64,000 nt of DNA from Vicinamibacteria bacterium (GTDB taxonomy: Bacteria > Acidobacteriota > Vicinamibacteria > Marinacidobacterales > Marinacidobacteraceae). Under the pieces are notes generated by a model. It saw only the letters and a list, made by a program, of their open reading frames with translations. It ran no database searches and was not told where the DNA came from. Below are positions 27,246 to 35,723 of this stretch, piece after piece. The number at the start of each line of letters is the position of its first letter. The first letter of the stretch is position 1. The stretch covers positions 1,920,001-1,984,000 of the forward strand of contig OZ219816.1 of NCBI GenBank assembly GCA_964291235.2. The letters run 5' to 3'. The position numbers and the translations under genes are program-made.

Positions 27246-28588
27246 AGGTAGCCCTCCTCGGCGGGGGCGGCCTCCGCACCCCACTGCTGGCCCGCGCCCT
27301 CGCCGCCAGCGGACTCGGAGTCGAGGAACTCGCGCTCTACGACGCGGACCGGACGCGCCTGAAGGCGATCGCGCCGGTGGTCGAGGCGAGTGCCCCCGGA
27401 ATCCGGGTGCGCGGGAGCCGGACCCCGGCCGCCGCCGTCCGCGGAAGCCGGTTCGTGTTCGCCGCCATCCGGGCTGGCGGACAGGAGGCGCGCGCTCACG
27501 ATGAGCGGGTATGCGTCGAGGCGGGAATTCTCGGGCAGGAAACAGTCGGGGCCGTGGGAGCGGCGCTTGCGATGCGGAACATCCCGGCGATGCTGCGGCT
27601 CGCGCGCGTGGTGGAACGAGAGGCCCCCGCGGCCACCCTCATCAACTACACGAATCCCGCGGGAATGGTCACCGAGGCGCTCCTCCGGGAAACCGCGCTC
27701 GAGGTCGTCGGAATCTGCGACACCCCCGCCGAACTCACCGACCGGGTCCTCAAGCTTCTCTACCTCGATCCGGACGCCTGCTCGGCGGGTTGGTCCGGAA
27801 TCAACCATCTCGGGTGGCTGACCGCTCTCCACGAGGCCGACCCGACGGGCGCCTTCCCCCCCGAAAACCGACTCGAAGACCTGTTTCTCGATGTGGAACG
27901 CCTGGAGCGGGTGCATCCGGATGGGCTGTTCGAGAACTCGGAAATGGCGGGCGCCGTCCCCTCGGAGTACGTGTTTCTCCACCTCCACCCCGACCGGGCA
28001 CTACAGCGCACGCGCGCCGCCGGCACCACCCGGGGCGCCTCCATTCTCGATCTGGAAGGGACGCTCTTCGCCGCGCTCAAGGCGGCGTACGGGAGCGGGC
28101 GGCAGGCGCGCGAAAGCTATCGGGAGTTCACCCGCACCCGGGACGCGTCCTACTTTCAGATCGAAGCCCGGGGTGATGCAAACCAGGCGAGCGGCGCGCC
28201 CGCGGATGACGGCCCCAGCGGCTACGACCGCATCGGCCTCCAGGCAATGCGGGCGTTCCTCGGAGACCAAGCGGAAGAGATGGTCGTCAACACCCGGAAC
28301 CGCACGCCGGCCGGAGGCCCGGCCGTCCCGGAGCTACCCGCGGAAGACGTCGTGGAAGTCGCCGCCGTGGTGGGGAAGAGCGGGGTGGCTCCCATTCCCC
28401 AGCCTCCGCTACCCGTCCCGGCCGGAAACCTGCTCCGCAGGGTAAAGGCGGCCGAGCGGGAGTTCGTGCGGGCCGCGCTGACCGGAGATCCCCGGATCGC
28501 TGCGGAGGCTCTACGGGAGCACCCCGCCGGCGGACCGGAGGCGGCCGGCATCTTCGGCAACCTCCGCACCCTCGCGGAGGAAGTCTGA
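27242..28588 (+). CDS. Glycoside hydrolase family 4 (6-phospho-beta-glucosidase-like)
   Basis: LLGGGGLRTP, IRAGG, DER, GQETVG, INYTNPAG, GICD, GINH, VVEV; TTG start overlaps the PfkB stop. Confidence 0.88.
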   Translation: MKVALLGGGGLRTPLLARALAASGLGVEELALYDADRTRLKAIAPVVEASAPGIRVRGSRTPAAAVRGSRFVFAAIRAGGQEARAHDERVCVEAGILGQETVGAVGAALAMRNIPAMLRLARVVEREAPAATLINYTNPAGMVTEALLRETALEVVGICDTPAELTDRVLKLLYLDPDACSAGWSGINHLGWLTALHEADPTGAFPPENRLEDLFLDVERLERVHPDGLFENSEMAGAVPSEYVFLHLHPDRALQRTRAAGTTRGASILDLEGTLFAALKAAYGSGRQARESYREFTRTRDASYFQIEARGDANQASGAPADDGPSGYDRIGLQAMRAFLGDQAEEMVVNTRNRTPAGGPAVPELPAEDVVEVAAVVGKSGVAPIPQPPLPVPAGNLLRRVKAAEREFVRAALTGDPRIAAEALREHPAGGPEAAGIFGNLRTLAEEV

Positions 28589-28667
28589 GGGCGGTTTCGT
28601 TACGATGGCGGACGACCGTTCCGAATCGCTGTCTTCCGGACCGAGAACCCCGGAACGGCGGGGATTC

Positions 28668-30098
28668 ATGATGCCTCCAGTGAACCGATTCGCAGCGCTG
28701 CTCGCCGGACTGCTCCTCTTCACCCTCGCCGCGCCGCTCGCCGCCCAGCCTCCGCCCGACCCGGGCGACCCCTTCGGGGAAGACCCGTTCGGCAACCGTT
28801 TCGCCACTCCGGACGCCGATGTCGACGCCATGGTGCGGGCGGCATTCTTCTCGAGAAACAGCGCCCAGCGGACCCGTGCGCTCCGTTTTCTCGTGGAACG
28901 CGACCAGAAGGACGTGATCCCGGCGTTCATCGCGGTGCTTCGCCTGCTGCCCGACGAGGACGGACAGCTGCTGGACGCGCTCCAGCGCCTCGCCCGGGCG
29001 AACATCCCCCGGGACTGGAAGGCGTGGACCGAGTGGCAGGAGGAACACACCGAGATCCGTCCCTATCGGGGGTTCGTCAGCTTCAAGGCGGACATCCTCG
29101 CCGGCATCGATCCCAATTTCCGCGACTTCCTCCACCGCGGAGTGCGGCACCGAATCCGGATCGAGGAGATCGTCTGGGGCGGCGTCAAGAAGGACGGCAT
29201 CCCCGCGCTGGTGAACGCGGCGCAGATTCCGGCCGCGGACGCTGGCTACCTCACCGACCGCGAGCTGGTCTTCGGAGTGAGCATCAACGGCGACTCCCGC
29301 GCCTATCCGCTCCGGATCCTCGACTGGCACGAGATGTTCAACGACGTCGTCGGCGGCGTCCCCGTCTCTCTCGCCTACTGCACGCTTTGCGGGTCGGGAA
29401 TTCTGTTCGATACCCGGGTTCCCGGACGCCGGAAGCCGCTCGTGTTCGGCTCCTCGGGGCTGCTCTACCGGTCCAACAAGCTGATGTACGACACCGAGAC
29501 AGAGTCGCTCTGGAACCAGTTCACCGGGGAGCCCGTGGTCGGGGAACTCACGGAATCGGACATCGTGCTGAAGGTCCTGCCGGTGGTGATCACCAGCTGG
29601 AAGGACTGGCTCGCCGCCCATCCCGACACCACGGTCCTCTCGCTCGATACCGGTTTCGAACGCGACTACCGCCCCGGAAGGCCCTACGGGGAGTACTTTG
29701 CGAGTCCCGAGCTCATGTTCCCGGTGGTGGTAAGAGACCGCCGCCTCGACCCGAAGGACCGCATCTACGTCCTCCGGGACGGCGAGAACCAGATGGCCTG
29801 GGCGCTATCGCTCTTCGCCGGGGGCGCCGCCGTCCACGACCGGGTGGGGCCGCGTGAGGTGGTCCTCATCGGGAACGCCGAATTCGAAACGGTACGCGCC
29901 TACGAGTCCGGGGGCCGCACATTCAGCGTCGTGGCGGACGACCCCGCCAACGTGGAAAGCGGCGGAGAACTCTGGAGCGTCAGCGAGGACGCCCTCACCG
30001 GCCCGGCCGGGGAGACCCTGGCCCGGCTGCCCGGCCACATGGCCTACTGGTTTGCGTACCAGAGCTACAACCCGGGCGACCCGGTCCGGGTGGAGTAG
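28668..30098 (+). CDS. DUF3179 domain exported protein with N-terminal helical extension
   Basis: Signal peptide, WGGVKKDGIPAL, RAYPLRILDWHEMFND, YCTLCGS (CxxC), FGSSGLLYRSNKLMYD, SLWNQ, YWFAY. Confidence 0.9.
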   Translation: MMPPVNRFAALLAGLLLFTLAAPLAAQPPPDPGDPFGEDPFGNRFATPDADVDAMVRAAFFSRNSAQRTRALRFLVERDQKDVIPAFIAVLRLLPDEDGQLLDALQRLARANIPRDWKAWTEWQEEHTEIRPYRGFVSFKADILAGIDPNFRDFLHRGVRHRIRIEEIVWGGVKKDGIPALVNAAQIPAADAGYLTDRELVFGVSINGDSRAYPLRILDWHEMFNDVVGGVPVSLAYCTLCGSGILFDTRVPGRRKPLVFGSSGLLYRSNKLMYDTETESLWNQFTGEPVVGELTESDIVLKVLPVVITSWKDWLAAHPDTTVLSLDTGFERDYRPGRPYGEYFASPELMFPVVVRDRRLDPKDRIYVLRDGENQMAWALSLFAGGAAVHDRVGPREVVLIGNAEFETVRAYESGGRTFSVVADDPANVESGGELWSVSEDALTGPAGETLARLPGHMAYWFAYQSYNPGDPVRVE

Positions 30099-30120
30099 CG
30101 GCTCGCGCGTTCGGCGGGCG

Positions 30121-30564
30121 TCAGCCGGACTGTTCCACGAGCCCTTCCGGGTAGTTCCGAAGTCTCAACACCATCGAACTCGCATCGGTGGCGCCCAGCG
30201 CGTTCGCGAACCGGAGGTCGGCCGTCACGATCCGGGCGTTCAGCCGGTTGGCCAGTGCGAGGTACATAGAGTCGTACACGGTCCGGTCATGGGCGAACGC
30301 CAGCCGCAGGCAAGCCGCGCCAAGCGCCTCGTCGGCGTGCCAGTTGATCGGCAATCGCGCAAGGGACTCCATCCCGGTTCTTGCGTCACCGAGCTCCAAC
30401 TCCCCTTGAAGAACCTTGCGCCAGAGGGCGCTGCCCACTTCGGACGCCAGGAGATGGGGGCAGTGAATCTCCTCGGCCCCGTTCGCCAGCAGGAAGGCGC
30501 GATTCGAATCCTCTTCCTCTACGAACCACTTGACCGCGACGCTCGCGTCCACCACCAGGTCCAT
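30121..30564 (-). CDS. vapC: VapC/PIN domain toxin
   Basis: VVDASVAVKW, ASEVGSAL, TVYDSMYLALA, VTAD; acidic tetrad intact. Confidence 0.9.
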   Translation of the reverse strand: MDLVVDASVAVKWFVEEEDSNRAFLLANGAEEIHCPHLLASEVGSALWRKVLQGELELGDARTGMESLARLPINWHADEALGAACLRLAFAHDRTVYDSMYLALANRLNARIVTADLRFANALGATDASSMVLRLRNYPEGLVEQSG

Positions 30565-30818
30565 CAGAACCTGTGCCCGGAGTCGCGGTCCTCGCGGATC
30601 AGCACCTCCGCGGGGGTCTGGGGCCGGCCCGCCGTCTTTCGCCGTAACTCGGCCGACACCACCCGAAACTCCGCCCAGCGCGCTTGCCCGTCATCGCAGG
30701 CGACCGTCTCCAGGATGTGGCGAACCTCTCCCTCCAGGGAACGCTTGTTCGCGGCGGCCCGAGCTTTGAGGCGCTCGACGACCTCGTCGCCCAGCCTCCG
30801 GACATTGATGGTGGCCAT
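30564..30818 (-). CDS. FitA-like ribbon-helix-helix antitoxin
   Basis: MATINVRRLGDEVVERLKARAAANKRSLEGEVRHIL; TGATG coupling to vapC. Confidence 0.88.
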   Translation of the reverse strand: MATINVRRLGDEVVERLKARAAANKRSLEGEVRHILETVACDDGQARWAEFRVVSAELRRKTAGRPQTPAEVLIREDRDSGHRF

Positions 30819-30833
30819 GTCGCCCCCCGCTCT

Positions 30834-30850
30834 GTTATCAAAATGATAAC
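30834..30850. promoter_or_regulatory. Palindromic operator of the toxin-antitoxin operon
   Basis: GTTATCA-AAA-TGATAAC perfect inverted repeat 15 nt upstream of the antitoxin ATG, overlapping a TATCAT -10-like hexamer on the minus strand. Confidence 0.75.
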
Positions 30851-30904
30851 TCCCTCGGAGTGGACAGAACCCCGTGCCGCGGGATCGCGGCGCCCGAAGC
30901 TCCC

Positions 30905-31564
30905 CTACTTGTTCGGCTGCGAAACCAGGCGCAGGTAGGGCTTCGGCGACCGCCAGCCGTCCGGGTACTTCTCCCGGGCCGCCTCGTCGGAGACCGCCGG
31001 CACGATGATCACGTCGTCGCCGTCCTGCCAGTTGACCGGCGTGGCCACCTGGTGGGACGCCGTCAACTGCATGGAATCGAGGACCCGGAGCACCTCGTCG
31101 AAGTTCCGCCCGGTGGTCATCGGGTAGGTCAGGATCAGCTTGACCCGCTTGTCCGGGCCGACCACGAACACCGACCGCACGGTCATGTTGTCCATCGCGG
31201 TCCGGCCTTTCCCGCCAGCCGCGTTGGGGTGGATCATGTCGTAGAGCTTCGCCACCGCGAGGTCGTCGTCGCCGATCATGGGGTATTCCACGGGGTGGCC
31301 CTGGGTTTCGGCGATGTCGGCCTTCCAGCGCTGGTGATCCTCCACCGGATCCACGCTCAGCCCCATGACCTTGCAGTTGCGTTTCGCGAACTCTTCCTTC
31401 AGGCCCGCCATGTAACCCAGCTCGGTGGTGCACACCGGGGTGAAGTCCTTGGGGTGCGAGAAGAGGATCGCCCAACCGTCGCCGACCCAGTCGTGGAAGC
31501 GGATCGTGCCCTCGGTCGTACGGGCGGTGAAGTCGGGCGCGATGTCGCCGATGCGGATTGCCAT
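30905..31564 (-). CDS. 1-Cys peroxiredoxin (Prx6 type)
   Basis: FSHPKDFTPVCTTE, TVRSVF, YPMTTGRNFDE, VATPVNW. Confidence 0.95.
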   Translation of the reverse strand: MAIRIGDIAPDFTARTTEGTIRFHDWVGDGWAILFSHPKDFTPVCTTELGYMAGLKEEFAKRNCKVMGLSVDPVEDHQRWKADIAETQGHPVEYPMIGDDDLAVAKLYDMIHPNAAGGKGRTAMDNMTVRSVFVVGPDKRVKLILTYPMTTGRNFDEVLRVLDSMQLTASHQVATPVNWQDGDDVIIVPAVSDEAAREKYPDGWRSPKPYLRLVSQPNK

Positions 31565-31671
31565 GCGGTTACCTCCTGGGTTGCCGGTAGCTGGCGGTCG
31601 CCGGATGTTCTGAACCGGCGCCCGCGAACGATAGCCGCACTTTCGGCCCCGTTCGTGACACGCTACCCCTT

Positions 31672-33027
31672 ATGAGCAAAGCCGGCTCAGGCGCGCAGCT
31701 CCAGCGCCGGATGGGGCTCCTCGGAGCCACTTCCACCAACATCATCGGGATGGTGGGGATCGGTCCCTTCCTGACCATCCCACTGATGGTGTACGCGATG
31801 GGCGGGCCGCACATCATCTGGGCCTGGCTCGTGGGGGCGCTGCTCTCGCTCGCCGACGGCCTCGTCTACGCCCAGCTCGGCGCCGCGCTGCCCGGCAGCG
31901 GCGGGCCCTACATCTACCTGCGGGAGGCGTTTCGTCCGTTCGGGCTGGGGCGGCTGATGGCCTTCCTGTTCCTGTTCCACATCCTGCTGGTGGCGCCGCT
32001 GTCGCTCGCGGGCGGGGCGGTGGGCTTCGCCGACTACCTCGGCTTCTACTTCCCCGAGCTGACCGGCCTGCCGCACCACCTCGCCGCCGCCGGCGTCTGC
32101 GTGCTGGTCCTTTTCCTTCTCTACCGGAACATCGACTCGGTCGAGCGCCTCTCGAAGGCCATGCTGGCGCTTGTCCTCGCCACCACCGGCTGGGTGATCG
32201 TTGCCGGGCTCATCGAGAGCCCGGGGCTTCCCTCGTTCATGCCTCCCCAGGGGTTCGACGCCAGCTTCTGGCCGGCACTCGGCGCTGGGGCGGTGATCGC
32301 CATGTACAGCTTCGGCGGTTACAACCAGGTCTGCAACATCGCGGGCGAGGTGAAGGATCCCGAGCGCAACGTGCCGCGGTCCATCCTGCTCTCCATCGCA
32401 GTGGTGGCGGTGATCTACATCGCCATGACCACCGTGATGCTCGAACTCATCCCCTGGCAAGAGGCCGAAGCGAGCCGCACCCTCGCGTCCATCTTCATCG
32501 CGCGGACGGTCGAAGATCCCGGGCTCGCCCAGCTCGCCGGGTCGGTCATCACCGCCCTGATCCTCTTCGTGGCGGTCGCCTCGGTCTTCGCCTTCGCGCT
32601 CGGGTATTCGCGGATGCCGTACGCAGCCGCCCGCGACGGCCAGTTCTTCCGGATCTTCGGCAAGGTCCACCCCACCCGGGGGTTCCCCCACGTCTCGCTC
32701 ATCTGGCTCATCGCCGTCTCGATCCCCTTCTGCTTCTTCAGCCTGGGAGAACTCATCAACTGGCTCATGCAGGTCCAGATCCTGCTGCGCTTCGCCTGGC
32801 AGTGCGTCGCGGTGCTGCTCATCGCCCGCTACCGGCCCGACATCCCCCAGCCCTTCCGGATGTGGCTCTACCCGATCCCGGCACTCCTCTCACTCGCCCT
32901 CTGGATCGCGCTCTTCTTCACCGGGCCACCCACCGGGGTCTGGTTCTCGCTCGGCTTCCTCGGGCTCGGCCTCGCCGCCTACTGGGTCTTCCGAAGGCGG
33001 CAGGGACACGGCACGTCCACTACCTGA
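31672..33027 (+). CDS. APC family amino acid/polyamine permease
   Basis: GMVGIGPF, LGAALPGSGGPYIYL, FGGYN, GEVKDPERNVP, SRMPYAAARDG, PFRMWLYP. Confidence 0.92.
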   Translation: MSKAGSGAQLQRRMGLLGATSTNIIGMVGIGPFLTIPLMVYAMGGPHIIWAWLVGALLSLADGLVYAQLGAALPGSGGPYIYLREAFRPFGLGRLMAFLFLFHILLVAPLSLAGGAVGFADYLGFYFPELTGLPHHLAAAGVCVLVLFLLYRNIDSVERLSKAMLALVLATTGWVIVAGLIESPGLPSFMPPQGFDASFWPALGAGAVIAMYSFGGYNQVCNIAGEVKDPERNVPRSILLSIAVVAVIYIAMTTVMLELIPWQEAEASRTLASIFIARTVEDPGLAQLAGSVITALILFVAVASVFAFALGYSRMPYAAARDGQFFRIFGKVHPTRGFPHVSLIWLIAVSIPFCFFSLGELINWLMQVQILLRFAWQCVAVLLIARYRPDIPQPFRMWLYPIPALLSLALWIALFFTGPPTGVWFSLGFLGLGLAAYWVFRRRQGHGTSTT

Positions 33028-33111
33028 CGAATCCGCTCCGAACCCTCGGGAACCGCACCCAGGTCGACTGCTGACGGTGCCTTATTTCTGATTGGTGGAC
33101 GAAATGTCCGG

Positions 33112-34449
33112 CTACCGCATGCGCCGCAGGATCGGCAGCCCCCAGAAATAGAGCGCCAGGAGGTCCACCGCGCGGGCGAGCAGCGTCGCCCAGGACGCCG
33201 CATAGACCCCGACCATGTTCACCGGCTGGATCAACAGCCACAGAACGAACAGGACCGTAACCGTCTCGATGAGGCCGGCCCAGGTGATGGCGCGAGTCTC
33301 GGTGCTCCACACCAGCAGCGCCCGGTAGAAGGCGAGCAGGACCGAGCAGATCGGCATCGTGACCAGAATCTGGAGCGCAGGCACCGAGAGTTCCACCAGG
33401 CTCGGCGTCAGGCCCGAAACGGCTCCGAACCAGAGCCCGGAAAGTGGCGTGAAGGCCATGACGCCCTGCAGCACGCAGGCGCCCGCTCCGAGTCCCACCG
33501 CGAACCGGATCAGCTTCCGGGTGCGCTGGCGGGTTCCGTCCATGAAGGCGATCGCCACCTCCTGGAAGGAAAGGCCCATGCTGCGGAAGACAAACGACAG
33601 CGCGGCGACCACCGGGTAGGTGGCGAGCGATTCGAGCGCGAGGCGGGAGTGCCCGAGGAACAGGTTCACGAGGGGATGGATCGCGAGCGCAATCACCGAG
33701 CTGACGAGCAGCGGGATGTAGAAGTGGAGGATCTTGGGAAAGGTGAGCGGCTCTCCGTTCCTGGGGGTGGCGAGCACTTCCCGCACGCAGTCCGCGACCA
33801 TGAAACGGGTGGCGATCGCTTCGACGATCACCGCCACCGAGAGCGAAGCCGCCCCGATCAATGCCCCTGAAATGTCCGTTTCGAAGAGCAGCCAGGCGGT
33901 GATTCCCATCCCCGACAGCCGGATCGTCGTGCCGTAGGCGATCCGCCGGGTGTGTCCGTGCCGGATGAGAAGCCCCTGGTAGAAGCGCCGGAAACCGATG
34001 GCCGCCGGCCAGGGCAGGAGCACGAGCAGGGCTTGCCGGCTCAACTCCGCGACCTCGGGATCGAGGCTCATCACGCCCTCCGCGAGGGCCGAATAGAGCG
34101 GCGAGAGGGCCCAGGCCAGCATCAGCAAGGTCAGTCCGAGGTTCAGCGTCGCGCCGAAACGGCGGAGCGAACGGAACGCCTCCCGGTCCTTGCAGAGCGC
34201 CGTCGAGGCGCTCAGGATCATGATGATCGGCGCCTCCAGGATCAGTGCGAAGGCGAACGCGACGCCGTAGGCGGCGAGGTTTACCGTGGCTTCCGGAAGC
34301 CGGGCCACCACGGCGGCCACCAGCAGCCCCTCGACGGACATCATGATCCAGGTGGCGGCCATCGGCAGCCAGACCCAGAAAATGCGGCTGGTGGTGAGGG
34401 GCGCCCGCGGCGGCGCCGCAACCGGGGTCTTGCCGAAGGTCGGGGTCAC
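33112..34449 (-). CDS. MOP/MATE-fold transporter, ANKH-like
   Basis: About 12 TM helices with an internal two-fold repeat (LAAYGVAF / LATYPVVA; FRRFYQGLL / LLAFYRALL); GTGA overlap with hemW. Confidence 0.7.
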   Translation of the reverse strand: MTPTFGKTPVAAPPRAPLTTSRIFWVWLPMAATWIMMSVEGLLVAAVVARLPEATVNLAAYGVAFAFALILEAPIIMILSASTALCKDREAFRSLRRFGATLNLGLTLLMLAWALSPLYSALAEGVMSLDPEVAELSRQALLVLLPWPAAIGFRRFYQGLLIRHGHTRRIAYGTTIRLSGMGITAWLLFETDISGALIGAASLSVAVIVEAIATRFMVADCVREVLATPRNGEPLTFPKILHFYIPLLVSSVIALAIHPLVNLFLGHSRLALESLATYPVVAALSFVFRSMGLSFQEVAIAFMDGTRQRTRKLIRFAVGLGAGACVLQGVMAFTPLSGLWFGAVSGLTPSLVELSVPALQILVTMPICSVLLAFYRALLVWSTETRAITWAGLIETVTVLFVLWLLIQPVNMVGVYAASWATLLARAVDLLALYFWGLPILRRMR

Positions 34450-35723
34450 GCGGCGTTTCGATCCGCGCGCAACGACTCGAGGTTCACCTCGCGCGCCAGC
34501 GCGTCGGCCACCGCCAACCCGTCCAGCGTGGGCTTCAGCCAGCGGGATCTCTGGTCTTCCTCGAGTCGGACCAGGCCGCGGGTCTCCCAGTTGCGGAAGA
34601 GCGGCCCGTTCATCCGAACGACGCTCCGCCCGTAGCGCGAAGCGAACATCCCGAGGTCGAGGCCGTCCGTGGTCCGCAGCCGGAGGAAGAGTTCCTCAAG
34701 GGCGCGATCGCCGGGGCTCAGTCGTTCCCGCCCGGCGGTAGGGGTGTCTCCGCGGAGGATTGCCTGCTCCCAGTCTTCGACGGCCCGCAGGTTCCAGAAC
34801 CGTTCCGCCCGCTCCGGCGCGAAGGAATGCGCCGACGGCCCGACACCGAGATACTCCACCCCGGCCCAGTACTTCTGGTTGTGGCGGGACCGAAACGCGG
34901 GGGCCGCGGCGAAATTGCACGCCTCGTAGGCCGCCAGGCCGCGGTCCGCGAGGGTCTCGTGAACCACCCGGAAGAGCGCGCTCGCGTCTTCGGAACGAGG
35001 GGTGAGATCCTCCCCGCGGGCCTGGCGGCGACCGAAGGGCGTTTCCGGATCGATCGTCAACTCGTACGCGGAGAGGTGCCTCACCCCAGGCAGCTCCGCT
35101 GCGACCGTCAGTTCCGTTCGCAGGGAATCCGCCGTCTGTCCGGCGGTTCCGAAGATCAGGTCGATCGAAATCCAGGGGATCCCGGCCTCGGCGAGCCGGG
35201 AGGCCGCGACCGTGACGCCCGACGCGGTGTGCACGCGGCCGAGGAACCGCAGGCGGGAGTCGTCGAGCGCCTGCGCCCCGAGGCTGACGCCCCAAACCTC
35301 GTCGGCCGCCCACCGACGGGCAAGACCCGGGTCGCGGACCAGATCCTCGGGGTTCGCCTCGACGAAAACGAACGGCGACGGAGTGGCGAGGCCTCGCTCG
35401 ACCGCCGCGCCGACCATCTCCCGGAAGAACCCGGCGGGTGCCAGCGACGGAGTGCCGCCTCCGAAATACACGGTGTCCGCTCCGGACGGCCCATCCCCGA
35501 GGTCTGCCCGGAGTTCCAACTCGGTCAGGAGCGCCTGCCGGTAGCGCTCGAGACGCTCGGGTCCCGACCGGCCGAGCGGCGTCACCGCGAAGTCGCAGTA
35601 GGGACAGATCCGCGAACAGAAGGGAACGTGGACATAGAGCCCCGGAGCGGCCGAGAGCTCGGACGGGGGCTCGGGTGGGGGCTCGGGCGGGCGATCGGGC
35701 GTTGGGTCCGGCGGCTCGCTCAC
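34446..35723 (-). CDS. hemW: Radical SAM heme chaperone HemW
   Basis: YVHVPFCSRICPYCDF, YFGGGTPS, EANP, SLGAQ, DLIFG, HLSAYELT, SRHNQKYW, GVGPSAHS; GTGA overlap with the lepA stop. Confidence 0.88.
   Translation of the reverse strand: MSEPPDPTPDRPPEPPPEPPSELSAAPGLYVHVPFCSRICPYCDFAVTPLGRSGPERLERYRQALLTELELRADLGDGPSGADTVYFGGGTPSLAPAGFFREMVGAAVERGLATPSPFVFVEANPEDLVRDPGLARRWAADEVWGVSLGAQALDDSRLRFLGRVHTASGVTVAASRLAEAGIPWISIDLIFGTAGQTADSLRTELTVAAELPGVRHLSAYELTIDPETPFGRRQARGEDLTPRSEDASALFRVVHETLADRGLAAYEACNFAAAPAFRSRHNQKYWAGVEYLGVGPSAHSFAPERAERFWNLRAVEDWEQAILRGDTPTAGRERLSPGDRALEELFLRLRTTDGLDLGMFASRYGRSVVRMNGPLFRNWETRGLVRLEEDQRSRWLKPTLDGLAVADALAREVNLESLRADRNAA

Noticed and set aside
28668-31564. Selenocysteine in DUF3179 or the peroxiredoxin, families with known Sec members
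   Set aside because: Both use TGC Cys codons at the redox sites and have uninterrupted frames
34446-35723. Calling the gene hemN (coproporphyrinogen dehydrogenase)
   Set aside because: It has the HNxxYW motif and lepA linkage typical of HemW and lacks the HemN N-terminal PRYTSYP segment
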